A DNA stretch of 64,000 nucleotides from Truepera sp. GTDB lineage: Bacteria; Deinococcota; Deinococci; Deinococcales; Trueperaceae. Location: NCBI GenBank assembly GCA_965218435.1, contig CBDCKW010000009.1, positions 2,176,001 through 2,240,000 of the forward strand. The letters are read 5' to 3'. The notes beneath the pieces were generated by a model. The model was given only the letters and a program-made list of their open reading frames with translations. It was not told where the DNA came from and did not search any database. The position numbers and the translations under genes were made by a program. Positions 48,845 to 58,309 of the stretch are shown in pieces; positions within the stretch are counted from its first letter, which is position 1; the number at the start of each line of letters is the position of its first letter.

Positions 48845-49675
48845 ATGACGCCCTTAGACCCCTCAGCGCCGCTAGGCGTGTTCGATTCCGGCGTCGGCGG
48901 CTTGACGGTTCTCTCAGCACTCAGGGCACGTTTGCCCGCTGAAGACCTCCTCTACGTCGGGGACACGGCGCGGGTGCCGTACGGCTCCAAACCCTTAGGA
49001 ATGGTTCGTGCGTTTGCTTTAGAGATCAGCTGTTACCTCGTCTCGCACGGCGTCAAGGGCATCGTCATCGCGTGTAACACCGCGTCAGCGGCGAGCCTGC
49101 CCGACCTCGCGGCTGAACTGCCGGTACCGGTTTGGGGCGTGATCGAGCCGGGGGTCGAGGCGGCGCTCCGCGCGGCTCCGGGCGGGCGCGTCGGGGTGCT
49201 GGGCACGGTCGGTACGCTCCAGACGGGCGCGTATCAGGGGGGTCTAATTGCTGGCGGCTGCTCGGTGTGGGCCAAAGCCTGCCCGCTTTTTGTCCCCATC
49301 GTCGAAGAGGGCGTGTCGGACACCGCGATTGCCAGACTCGTCGCCGCGCACTATCTAGCGGACGCGCCGCCCTTAGATGCCGTGATTCTCGGGTGTACCC
49401 ACTACCCGGCGCTTAAACCCATCTTGGCTGAAACCTTGAAGGGTGCAGTGCTGATTGACTCCGCTGAGGCAACCGCCGTACGGGTCGCAGATGAGCTGAG
49501 GAGGCTCGAGCTGACTGCCATCCGGTCACGCCCCGGCACGGTGCAACATTTTGTCACCGGCGACTTGCCGAGCTACCGGCATACAGCGCAGCTTTTAGGT
49601 GGGCCGGACGGCCCGATGACCCGCACCGACCTTCGCCTAAACCCAACTGAAGTAGAGAGTTCGTTACCGTTATGA
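48845..49675 (+). CDS. murI: Glutamate racemase
   Basis: FDSGVGGLTV, ACNTAS and LGCTHYP. Confidence 0.97.
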   Translation: MTPLDPSAPLGVFDSGVGGLTVLSALRARLPAEDLLYVGDTARVPYGSKPLGMVRAFALEISCYLVSHGVKGIVIACNTASAASLPDLAAELPVPVWGVIEPGVEAALRAAPGGRVGVLGTVGTLQTGAYQGGLIAGGCSVWAKACPLFVPIVEEGVSDTAIARLVAAHYLADAPPLDAVILGCTHYPALKPILAETLKGAVLIDSAEATAVRVADELRRLELTAIRSRPGTVQHFVTGDLPSYRHTAQLLGGPDGPMTRTDLRLNPTEVESSLPL

Positions 49676-49740
49676 GACCCAACTTTGTGAAACCTGACTG
49701 TGTAAAACCTAACTTAGTGAGACCTGTGCTATGAGACGTC
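49671..49740. repeat. Imperfect ~15-bp tandem repeat (4.5 units) between murI and rph
   Basis: TATGAGACCCAACTT / TGTGAAACCTGACTG / TGTAAAACCTAACTT / AGTGAGACCTGTGC / TATGAGACG. Confidence 0.75.
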
Positions 49741-49744
49741 ACGC

Positions 49745-50452
49745 GTGAGACAAGACAGAGAACCGCACGACCTCCGCCCGATTACCGTGACCCCCGGCTT
49801 TAACCGCTTTGCCGAGGGTTCGGCGCTGGTGCAGTGGGGGGAGACGCACGTGCTGGCGACTGTCACCATCGAAAATAAATTGCCGCCGCACCTGCGTAAC
49901 AAAAAGGTGCGCGAGGGCTGGCTCACTGCCGAGTACGCGATGCTGCCGCGCAGCACACCCGAACGGGTACAGCGCGAACGCCTCTACTCGGGGGGCCGGT
50001 CGCTCGAGATTCAGCGGCTGATCGGCCGCAGCTTGCGCGGCGTCGTGGACCTGTCGCTCTTTGTCGGCAAAACGCTTCTGATTGATGTAGACGTGCTGCA
50101 GGCCGACGGTGGCACCCGGTGCGCCGGGATTTTGGCAGGCTACGCCGCGCTGCATCACGCTGCCGACAAACTCATTAAGGCCGGGACGCTCGACGAGTGG
50201 CCTTTGACGCACGAAGTCGCGGCAGTCAGTGTCGGGCTGGTGAGGGGACAAACGCTCGTAGACCTCGAGTTCAGTGAAGATTCCGAAGCCGAGTTGGACC
50301 TTAACGTCGTCGCGACGGCCACCGGCGACCTGATCGAAGTGCAGGGCGGCGCGGAGGGCAAACCCGTCCCAGCTGAAACGTACGTGCAGCTCGTCGCGCA
50401 GGGCATCGGCGCGGTGCAGAGAGTATTAGAAACGGTGCGCGGTTCTCTGTGA
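49745..50452 (+). CDS. rph: Ribonuclease PH
   Basis: GWLTAEYAMLPRST, EIQRLIGRSLR, QADGGTR and EVQGGAEG. Confidence 0.97.
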   Translation: MRQDREPHDLRPITVTPGFNRFAEGSALVQWGETHVLATVTIENKLPPHLRNKKVREGWLTAEYAMLPRSTPERVQRERLYSGGRSLEIQRLIGRSLRGVVDLSLFVGKTLLIDVDVLQADGGTRCAGILAGYAALHHAADKLIKAGTLDEWPLTHEVAAVSVGLVRGQTLVDLEFSEDSEAELDLNVVATATGDLIEVQGGAEGKPVPAETYVQLVAQGIGAVQRVLETVRGSL

Positions 50453-51090
50453 GTTTATCCGGGTTACCCCGCTTGGTTTTAGCGACACTCAACGAAGGCA
50501 AAGTGCGCGAGTTTCGCGCGGCCTTAGCCGGGACTGCCGACGTGGTTTCCGCGCGGGAGTTGGGCGTCGGCCCGTTCCCTGAAGAGACCGGCGACAACTA
50601 CGCGGCCAACGCGCTGACCAAAGCGTCGTTTGTGATGCAAAAGACCGGTTTGCCGAGCTTGGGCGACGATTCAGGGCTCGAGGTCGCCGCCTTAAACGGC
50701 GCACCCGGTCTCTACTCGGCGCGGTTCGGCGGCCTCAAGACCGACCAGGAACGAACGGCGCACCTGCTCGAGCAACTAAAAGGTGTATCAGAAGCGTCGC
50801 GCGGCGCACAGTTTGTCTGCGTGTTAGGTTTTGCTACCCCGGACGGGGACGCTGAAACCTTCGAAGGCCGCTGCGACGGCCGCATCACAGAAACCCCACA
50901 GGGCGGAGGCGGTCACGGCTACGACCCAGTTTTTTACAGCTCGGATTTAGGGCAAACCTTCGGTGAAGCCGGGAGTGAAGCTAAGGCTGAGGTCAGTCAC
51001 CGCGCCCGCGCGTTACAGAAATTCTCTAGCTGGCTCGAGAAGCGTAGCGCAGAACTAGGAGAAACAGATGACACGGCAAGCGATCTTTAA
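50449..51090 (+). CDS. rdgB: RdgB/HAM1 non-canonical purine NTP pyrophosphatase
   Basis: ATLNEGKVRE, DDSGL.V.AL.GAPGLYSAR, GYDPVF and SHR. Confidence 0.96.
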   Translation: MSLSGLPRLVLATLNEGKVREFRAALAGTADVVSARELGVGPFPEETGDNYAANALTKASFVMQKTGLPSLGDDSGLEVAALNGAPGLYSARFGGLKTDQERTAHLLEQLKGVSEASRGAQFVCVLGFATPDGDAETFEGRCDGRITETPQGGGGHGYDPVFYSSDLGQTFGEAGSEAKAEVSHRARALQKFSSWLEKRSAELGETDDTASDL

Positions 51091-51958
51091 GTGGGTCTTA
51101 ACGGGTTTGAGTATTCTTGCGCTAAGTGCGCCCGTAGCAGCGCAGATTACCTCACTGGAAAACCCTTTATCCCAAGACGCGCAGGCGGCCCTTACCGAAG
51201 CGCAAGGGGCCGCAAAAAAAGCTTTAGATACCTACAGCGATTACCGTCCTGACCAACCGCTCTTTCGTCAGGCTATCCGTTTAGGCCGCAAAGCGGTCAA
51301 CCTCGCCCCCGAAAACCCCGAAACCTTACGGTTTTTAGCTGAAGTGTACGGCGTCACCGGGTTTTACGGCCCTGCGTTCAGTATCTGGCAGAGATTTGTA
51401 GCTGCGGACGGCGTGCCGGACAGAGCGGCCCGCAGTCAAATTGCCAAAACCGGTACGCAAGACGGCTACGCGCGCTATAGCCAAGGCGATCTCACAGGGG
51501 CGCTCGCCGCCTACCGCACCGTGACCCGGCTCGTCCCCGACAACGTGCGGGCACAGCGTTGGACGGGGCGGATTTTGCTCGAGCAAAACAAACCCGGAGC
51601 CGCCCTCCCCTATTGGCAACGGGTCCAGAGCTTGAGACCGAATGACGCAGGCGCAGCGTATTTCGTCACGCTCGCCGAAGCCGGTGTCGAACACGGCTTA
51701 GACGCGGCTCGAGCTTTTTACGGTGGCGTCAGCGACTACGAAGCAGGTCGGCGTGAGGCCGCTGAACGCGAGTTTTCTCGAGCCACCGAGTTCAACCCCG
51801 GTTACGCCGCCGCATGGGGTTATCTGGGGCGCTTGGCGTTTGAAGCTAGAGACTTTAAGAAAGCCGAAATCGCGTACAGCCGAGCCAGCCAACTCGAGCC
51901 GAAAAATCAGACGTACCGCTACTTTTTGGAGCAGGCCAAAGCGCGTCAAAATCCTTGA
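51068..51958 (+). CDS. Secreted tetratricopeptide-repeat protein
   Basis: Signal peptide and repeated A...Y..A..L.P.N TPR patterns. Confidence 0.85.
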   Translation: MTRQAIFKWVLTGLSILALSAPVAAQITSLENPLSQDAQAALTEAQGAAKKALDTYSDYRPDQPLFRQAIRLGRKAVNLAPENPETLRFLAEVYGVTGFYGPAFSIWQRFVAADGVPDRAARSQIAKTGTQDGYARYSQGDLTGALAAYRTVTRLVPDNVRAQRWTGRILLEQNKPGAALPYWQRVQSLRPNDAGAAYFVTLAEAGVEHGLDAARAFYGGVSDYEAGRREAAEREFSRATEFNPGYAAAWGYLGRLAFEARDFKKAEIAYSRASQLEPKNQTYRYFLEQAKARQNP

Positions 51959-51965
51959 CCATTGA

Positions 51966-52817
51966 ATGAACAGCCAAGTTGTAGAAACTTCAAAAGGTCG
52001 GATTGAATATGTCGTTAGAGGCGCGGGTAAAACATGTTTACTTCTACACGGCGGACATTCCAACTGCTTTGAGGATTTTGGAACTGAAGAGATACTCTCT
52101 GCCCACATGTCAGCCTTGATCCCTTCAAGGCCGGGTTACGGACGGACACCCGCGAACGTCGGCATAACAGCGTCCGAAGCAGCAGACGCTATAATTACTC
52201 TGCTAGACAAGCTTTCTCTCTCTACTGTAGCTGTTATAGCAGTATCGGCGGGCGGTCCCACGGGACTCTATTTAGCAGCCAACTACCCTAAAAGAGTGAC
52301 TAAATTAGTGCTCGAGTCTGCTGTTACAAAGCGCTGGCTAAAGCCGAATGACAAGCTCTACAAAACGGCTGGACGAATGTTTCATCCGCGAGTCCAAAGC
52401 TTAACTTGGGGGCTTCTAAAGACCTTTTTACAAGTAAACTCAAACTTGATCTTTAAGCAGATGATTCCATCTTTTAGCAAGCTCCAAACGGCAGGTGTTT
52501 TAACAGCTTTATCCAAAAGCGACAAAGCTGCTTTCAAAAAGATGCTTCTCCATATGTCTGCCGGTCACGGTTTCATACTTGACATTGAACACGATATACC
52601 GACCGAGTTACTGCAAAAAATTAGCACACCTACGCTGATCGTCCATAGCAAGAATGATAATTCTGTTGACTTTGGACATCCGCATCACGCCCAAGCGAAT
52701 ATAAAAAACGCCGAGTTATTTGAAGCTGAGACGTGGGGGCATCTTATTTGGTTAGGTCAAGGTAGTGACGAAGCCATAGAAAAGGTTACGAACTTTCTGC
52801 TCGAGCCGTCTAACTAG
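51966..52817 (+). CDS. Alpha/beta hydrolase (AT-rich)
   Basis: LHGG, SRPGYGRT, AVSAGG, PTLIVHS.ND and GHL. Confidence 0.9.
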   Translation: MNSQVVETSKGRIEYVVRGAGKTCLLLHGGHSNCFEDFGTEEILSAHMSALIPSRPGYGRTPANVGITASEAADAIITLLDKLSLSTVAVIAVSAGGPTGLYLAANYPKRVTKLVLESAVTKRWLKPNDKLYKTAGRMFHPRVQSLTWGLLKTFLQVNSNLIFKQMIPSFSKLQTAGVLTALSKSDKAAFKKMLLHMSAGHGFILDIEHDIPTELLQKISTPTLIVHSKNDNSVDFGHPHHAQANIKNAELFEAETWGHLIWLGQGSDEAIEKVTNFLLEPSN

Positions 52818-52843
52818 ACCTTCTAACCATCAAGCTCGAGCCG

Positions 52844-53488
52844 TTAATCAACCGCCAGCTGCGCGTCAAGCTGGGCGCGGAGTTCTTTATAACTCGGCGC
52901 TTCGAGGCCCCGGCTACCGATGATGACTGAGGGTGTACCCGTTACGCCGACATAATCAGCCAGGGTCATATCGCGGGTGACTTCAGGCTGAGTTTGTCCC
53001 TCGGTGATACAGGTTTTTAGAGAGGTGGGCTCGAGCCCCTCAACGCTCCCGGCCACTTCAACCACCTTGTCCAGCGTCGCCCAACCGTCGGCTCCTTGTG
53101 CGGCAAAGAGGGCACGCTTGTAGGGCCAAAACGCCGCCGGATTTTGCTTGAAAGCACACTCCCCGGCGCGGCCCGCCGTCACTGCCGTGTCGTTACCCCA
53201 AGCCAGGTTGACGTAGTAGACTTCGACCTTGCCGGTATCAATGTAGTCACGTTTTAGCGGTTCAAAGACTTCAGTTTCAAAAAGCTTGCAGCGTTCGCAG
53301 AGAAAGTTTTCAAACAAGACGACTTTGACGGGTGCGCGTGTATTGCCAAGCGTCGGTTGCCCTTCATAACCGCTAGTTTGAACCTCGAGGTTCGGCGCTG
53401 GCCTGAGTTGCAAGTATAAAAACGCGCCCAACGCCGCGATAACGACGATAGCGGCAGTTATCAAGGTAAAACGCTGAGTTCGGGTCAC
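52844..53488 (-). CDS. DsbA/BdbD-family thiol-disulfide oxidoreductase
   Basis: N-terminal TM segment, G...APVKVV.FENFLCERC, and the GVTGTP cis-Pro loop. Confidence 0.9.
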   Translation of the reverse strand: MTRTQRFTLITAAIVVIAALGAFLYLQLRPAPNLEVQTSGYEGQPTLGNTRAPVKVVLFENFLCERCKLFETEVFEPLKRDYIDTGKVEVYYVNLAWGNDTAVTAGRAGECAFKQNPAAFWPYKRALFAAQGADGWATLDKVVEVAGSVEGLEPTSLKTCITEGQTQPEVTRDMTLADYVGVTGTPSVIIGSRGLEAPSYKELRAQLDAQLAVD

Positions 53489-53543
53489 TACTCACAAGTT
53501 TGACACGGGGGCTGAGGGCATATGTCCTGTTACGCCCCCCCAA

Positions 53544-54167
53544 CTATCCCTGCGCTTGATGCCGCTCCGAGAGCTTCGTTGCTACATCCTGCAAACTCAC
53601 GCCGCTCTCTTTTAATAAAACGGTCAGGTGAAAGAGCAGATCAGCCGCCTCTCCAATGAGTTCATCGGGTTTGTGCTCGAGCGCCGCCACAATGCTCTCC
53701 CCCGCTTCTTCAACGACCTTTTGCGACACGTAGCCAAGGCCCCGGCCATGAAGCTTGGCGACGTACGAGCCTTCCGGCAGGTCTTTTAAGCGGATTTCGA
53801 CCACGCGTTCTAAGGTGCCCATCATCTCACCGATACCGGGCGGGGTGGGCTCACCTAAACTGCGGTAAAAGCAGCTGTACTCACCCGTGTGACACGCCGC
53901 GCCGGTCTGCTGCACGCGGTAGAGGAGCGCGTCTTCGTCACAGTCGTAACGGATTTCGACGATTTTTTGAATGTGTCCGCTGGTTGCGCCTTTGTGCCAA
54001 AGTTTACCGCGCGAGCGGCTGTAGTAGTGCGCTTCACGAGTTTGCAGCGTTTTTTCCAGCGCCTCGAGGTTCGCGTACGCGAGCATCAAGACCTGACCGG
54101 TCGCAGCGTCTTGCGTCACAACCGGAACGAGGCCGCGTTCGTCAAAAGAGAGGGTAGAAACGTCCAT
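53544..54167 (-). CDS. hisIE: Bifunctional phosphoribosyl-AMP cyclohydrolase/phosphoribosyl-ATP diphosphatase
   Basis: [36 protein letters not shown] and EAADLLFH. Confidence 0.97.
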   Translation of the reverse strand: MDVSTLSFDERGLVPVVTQDAATGQVLMLAYANLEALEKTLQTREAHYYSRSRGKLWHKGATSGHIQKIVEIRYDCDEDALLYRVQQTGAACHTGEYSCFYRSLGEPTPPGIGEMMGTLERVVEIRLKDLPEGSYVAKLHGRGLGYVSQKVVEEAGESIVAALEHKPDELIGEAADLLFHLTVLLKESGVSLQDVATKLSERHQAQG

Positions 54168-54209
54168 CAGGCTAGTGTAACGCGGCCCCCGTAATGTCAG
54201 CGCCAAAGA

Positions 54210-54704
54210 TCAAATCTCGTCCAAAACTACAGCACCGCCGACAGCAGCGAGCGCGTCTTCGGTCAGCGCCACCGGCAAATCGGGCAGGTTTTGCGCGTGC
54301 GTCAGGTAGCGGCGCAGATAGTAAAACGCGTAGCTACCGGCCACCGCGCCAAGTGCGCCGACGATTGCCCCGGTCCGCACGCTCTGACCGGCTGAACGCC
54401 CCAACGCTGCGCCGCAGAGTGCCCCTGACAGTGCCCGCCCGGTAAGGGCTCCCGGCTCCGTACGCGCGGGCGTTTGCGGCAACTTGTCGGCAATCAGTTC
54501 ACCGGCTGCCGCAACTTTGAGAAAGTTCGCCGTTCTAGGTGAAGCCATAAAATTGAGGGCACCTAGCGCCGTCTCTCTGCGCCCGGTGACCCCTTGCCCG
54601 CTCAGCTTGTGCGCGACGAGCGCCGGACCGAACGTTGAACGCATCCCGCACACGACGCCGATCACAAACGTTTGGATAGCTGTATTAGAAGATGTACCAG
54701 ACAT
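54210..54704 (-). CDS. DUF4126-like membrane protein
   Basis: GMRS..GPA, GELIADKLP.TPAR and VALTEDALA. Confidence 0.8.
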   Translation of the reverse strand: MSGTSSNTAIQTFVIGVVCGMRSTFGPALVAHKLSGQGVTGRRETALGALNFMASPRTANFLKVAAAGELIADKLPQTPARTEPGALTGRALSGALCGAALGRSAGQSVRTGAIVGALGAVAGSYAFYYLRRYLTHAQNLPDLPVALTEDALAAVGGAVVLDEI

Positions 54705-54766
54705 AGCCAGATAGTAGACGTAATAGGCGCGAAAAAAAGCTGTTTGGCGCTCGTTTGCGCCCAAAC

Positions 54767-54796
54767 TTGACTTATATATCTTTTTGATATACAACT
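54767..54796 (+). promoter_or_regulatory. Putative PadR operator overlapping its promoter
   Basis: TTGACT followed by the inverted repeat TATATC-N5-GATATA (54775-54791). Confidence 0.55.
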
Positions 54797-54805
54797 TATC
54801 TAGCT

Positions 54806-55372
54806 ATGAGCAAGGTCAACAAAAGCCAATTCGCCATCCTCGGTATTCTCGGACTAGGGCCGCACTCGGGGTACGACATCAAGAAGCTGACCGACCTCAG
54901 CACCCGACACTTTTGGGCCGAGAACTACGGCAGCCTCTACCCGACGCTTAAACGGCTCGAGCAGGCGGGCCTAGCCACCGTCCAGCGTGAGGCGCAAGAC
55001 GGCAAACCCGACCGCAAGGTCTACACCATCACCGAGGCGGGGCGAGAGGTGTTGCAGAGTTGGCTCGAGTCACCTGTCCAAGAAACGCCGCCGCGCAGTG
55101 AACTCTTGCTCAAGCTTTTTTTAGGCCGTCAGACAACTCTCGAGGTCAGCGTCATACATTTGGAGAGGTTCCGAACAGAACAGACCGAACTCATCGTCAC
55201 GTACCAGGGGCTCGAGCGGTGGCTCGAGCTCGAGCAAGCCGGTGACCCCAACCTCCCGTACTGGCTTTTGACCCTCTCTTACGGTCGGGTTCAGGCCGAG
55301 GCGCTTAAAGGGTGGAGCGAGGCGAGCCTCGAGACCTTACAACGCGTCGCCCAAAAGGAGCACGATGACTAA
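54806..55372 (+). CDS. PadR-family transcriptional regulator (AphA-like C-terminus)
   Basis: ILGIL..GPHSGYDIKK, GSLYPTLKRLE and RKVYTITEAG. Confidence 0.95.
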   Translation: MSKVNKSQFAILGILGLGPHSGYDIKKLTDLSTRHFWAENYGSLYPTLKRLEQAGLATVQREAQDGKPDRKVYTITEAGREVLQSWLESPVQETPPRSELLLKLFLGRQTTLEVSVIHLERFRTEQTELIVTYQGLERWLELEQAGDPNLPYWLLTLSYGRVQAEALKGWSEASLETLQRVAQKEHDD

Positions 55373-55898
55373 TCCGCTTTTACACACGGTACTTATCTAC
55401 GGTCACGCGCTTGGCGGCTTGGTCGCCTTCGGACTCGGGTGCCTGGTGTTGCGCCCACAGCAAAAAGAATCCGCCGTATTTCGCGCTTACTTTGTCTCGC
55501 TTTGGGCGATGGTAGTGCTGCTCGCCCTCGTCGTCGGGGTTGATTGGGCGGAGCTTCAGCCGGTCAGCCGGGTTACGTTTGGCGGCCTTACCCTGCTCGC
55601 GCTCTATACCGGGCTGAGAGGCCAGCAGGCGCGGCGTCTTCTCTCTAGTCAAATCTCTAGTCAAACCGCTGATTGGCAGAGCGATTATGTAGGTCACATC
55701 GGGTTTACACTTATCTCACTGTTTGACGGGTTTGTCATCGTCGGGGCGCTCGACATGAACGCGCCGGGTTGGTTTGTTGGCATAGTTGGCGTGCTCGGTG
55801 TGGTTGTGGGGATCAGCGCGATCAATCTGGTTAAAAGTCATCTCAAAAACTCCTTTCAGGCTGAGTCCCAAAAGGAGTTGGCCGAGCTAGGCGAGTAA
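55365..55898 (+). CDS. Membrane protein, overlapping and probably co-transcribed with padR
   Basis: Five or six hydrophobic segments; overlaps the padR stop codon. Confidence 0.75.
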   Translation: MTNPLLHTVLIYGHALGGLVAFGLGCLVLRPQQKESAVFRAYFVSLWAMVVLLALVVGVDWAELQPVSRVTFGGLTLLALYTGLRGQQARRLLSSQISSQTADWQSDYVGHIGFTLISLFDGFVIVGALDMNAPGWFVGIVGVLGVVVGISAINLVKSHLKNSFQAESQKELAELGE

Positions 55899-56104
55899 GC
55901 TAGGACACTCTCAGCCTAGGAAATCTTTGAGATAGGTTCTAAAAAGTGGGGCTACCGGCTTATCCTCAGCGAGCTTGGGCTGCAAACGCGCCGCGAGTCG
56001 GTCGCGACTCGCGGCGGTAATCTTTAACGGTAAGTAACCGTGACGAAGCTCTCCAAAACCCCGTTTGTAAGAAGTTTGTGACAATTCGCGCCTATGCTAA
56101 GACT

Positions 56105-58078
56105 ATGGTGTCTGCGCTGTTAGCTCGTCTCCGGCATAGCTATCTGGGCCGGTCCACTCAGGCCAAAAGTGGCGTAGTATTTCATCCGGGCTGGCGGCGC
56201 GCCCTGCTCATTACTGTTCCCTTTACAGTCCTCGCCTTTGTCCTTGGTATCGTCTTTGAGTTCGCCGGTCACACCGACCTGTTTGACCTTATTGCGTACA
56301 GTTTGAGTGTCGCTGCGCTGCTCGGCTTCGAGTTGCTGCTCCTCTTTTGTCCTCAGCAGGTCGTGTCCCTGGCGGCGATGATGATCAGCGGCGTCAGCGT
56401 TTTTTTACTTTCTAAACTCGTCTTCGTACTCTTTTTAGCGCCACCCGGTACCAACGTTTTGGGGGAGTTGACCGAATCTTTTTTTTGGGCACCGATAGGC
56501 TATATCGCCGCTTTTTTAATTCCCGGCGTCCGTTGGGGGCGTCTCGGCATCGTTTTGTTCGGTGTGCTGATGCCCGTCGTCAGTGCGGTTTACCTCATCT
56601 TCCAACCCACCGGGCCGGTTCAGCTCGAGGTTGTTTACGCGCTGGTGCAGTTTAACTTAGCCAACTTTGTAATGATCTTGCTGATACGCCTGTTTGCCCT
56701 GTTTCATTCGCGCTTCGCTCAGGTTCAAAACCATAGCGTAGTGATGGAACAACTTGCCCACACCGATACCCTGACAGGGTTGCCCAACCGCTTAACCCTC
56801 GAGGCGGCGCTCAAAACTGCACTGGACAAAAAGCGTCCATTCGCCCTTATTTTTATCGACCTCGACCGCTTCAAAAGGATCAACGACACCCAAGGACACG
56901 CGTCAGGCGACGAGCTGCTCGCCAAAGTCGCCGAACGTCTTAAAGCGATCAGCAGACCGGGCGACACTTTGGCCCGGGTCAGTGGCGACGAGTTCGTCCT
57001 GCTCGCTTACGAGGTAGGTGATGACCGGGCGGCGTGGGAAACGGCGCAAAAGCTGCAGAAAAGTTTCTCCCAACCTTTTGTGGTCGCGCAGCAACATCTG
57101 CGCGTCACTGCCAGCCTCGGGTTTTGCCTCTACCCTCAAGACGCAGGCGACGCCAACACGCTGTTGCGCCACGCCGACAGCGCGATGTACCGCGCCAAAG
57201 CCGCCGGACGTGACGGCCTCAGCCGCTTCTCCCTCAAAGACACCGACACCGAACGGTTGCGGACGCTTGAAAAAGAGTTGGAGGGGGCCGAAGCGCGGGG
57301 CGAACTTAACCTCGTGTTTCAGCCGCTTTACAGCCTGGAGAGCGGCCAACTCGTCAGGGTCGAGGCGCTTTTGCGCTGGCAACACCCGGAGTGGGGCGTA
57401 GTCTCCCCCGAGGTGTTTATCCCGCTCGCCGAAGAGTCCGGGGTCATCGTTCCTATCGGGCGCTGGGTGCTGCACAGCGCCCTGCAGACCCTCGCCGCGT
57501 GGCGGCGCGCCGGGTTTGCCAAGATTGTCATGAGCGTCAATATTTCGCCGGTCCAGCTGACCCAAGTGGGCTTTTTTGCCGAGGTGACCCAGGCGCTTCG
57601 CACAAACGGCCTCTCAGGGGGTGACCTCGAGCTTGAAATCACCGAACGCACCGTGCTGCACAATACCGAAGAGGTGATCAGCATCTTGACGCGGCTACAG
57701 GCGCTGGGCGTGCGAATTGCGATGGACGACTTTGGCACAGGGTACTCGTCTCTAGGCTATCTGAGAGACTTGCCGCTCGATACTATCAAGATAGACCGCT
57801 CGTTTGTTAGAGACCTCGCGCAGCCGCTTCTCGCGCCGCACTACGCCGTCGCGCTCGTCAGGGCTATCGCTTCGGTAGCCGAGACGCTTGACTTAGAAAT
57901 CGTCGCTGAAGGCGTTGAAACCGAAGAGACGGCCAAGACGCTTAAACAGCTCGGCTGCCACCTAGCGCAAGGCTCCTTTTTCGCACGGCCGCTACCTGAA
58001 GACGAAGTTCGGGTTCTGCTGCCCCTCAACCAGAGCAAGGTAAGTAACGCCGGACACAAACGTGCGCTGGCCAATTGA
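56105..58078 (+). CDS. Membrane-bound GGDEF-EAL diguanylate cyclase/phosphodiesterase
   Basis: About 6 TM segments, DTLTGLPNR, I-site RPGD followed by SGDEF, EALLRW, DDFGTGYSSL and AEGVE. Confidence 0.95.
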   Translation: MVSALLARLRHSYLGRSTQAKSGVVFHPGWRRALLITVPFTVLAFVLGIVFEFAGHTDLFDLIAYSLSVAALLGFELLLLFCPQQVVSLAAMMISGVSVFLLSKLVFVLFLAPPGTNVLGELTESFFWAPIGYIAAFLIPGVRWGRLGIVLFGVLMPVVSAVYLIFQPTGPVQLEVVYALVQFNLANFVMILLIRLFALFHSRFAQVQNHSVVMEQLAHTDTLTGLPNRLTLEAALKTALDKKRPFALIFIDLDRFKRINDTQGHASGDELLAKVAERLKAISRPGDTLARVSGDEFVLLAYEVGDDRAAWETAQKLQKSFSQPFVVAQQHLRVTASLGFCLYPQDAGDANTLLRHADSAMYRAKAAGRDGLSRFSLKDTDTERLRTLEKELEGAEARGELNLVFQPLYSLESGQLVRVEALLRWQHPEWGVVSPEVFIPLAEESGVIVPIGRWVLHSALQTLAAWRRAGFAKIVMSVNISPVQLTQVGFFAEVTQALRTNGLSGGDLELEITERTVLHNTEEVISILTRLQALGVRIAMDDFGTGYSSLGYLRDLPLDTIKIDRSFVRDLAQPLLAPHYAVALVRAIASVAETLDLEIVAEGVETEETAKTLKQLGCHLAQGSFFARPLPEDEVRVLLPLNQSKVSNAGHKRALAN

Positions 58079-58309
58079 GCCGCGCCCACAGCTTTCTCTG
58101 CTTTAGCCGTACCTGATTAGGCTTGGGCGTAAGAGAGCATTTCTAACCTTTGAGGCTGCCGTTTCGCCCAACCAACAGTTAAGCCCATCACGTCACCTTT
58201 ATAAACAGAGGCGTAGAACCCCACGAATGAGCTGACGACGAACCGTTGCCTTTGCAGCTGGCTCTAAGTACCGGTAGCGTCAAGGCCGTCCAGGTTACCT
58301 CAGGTCACG

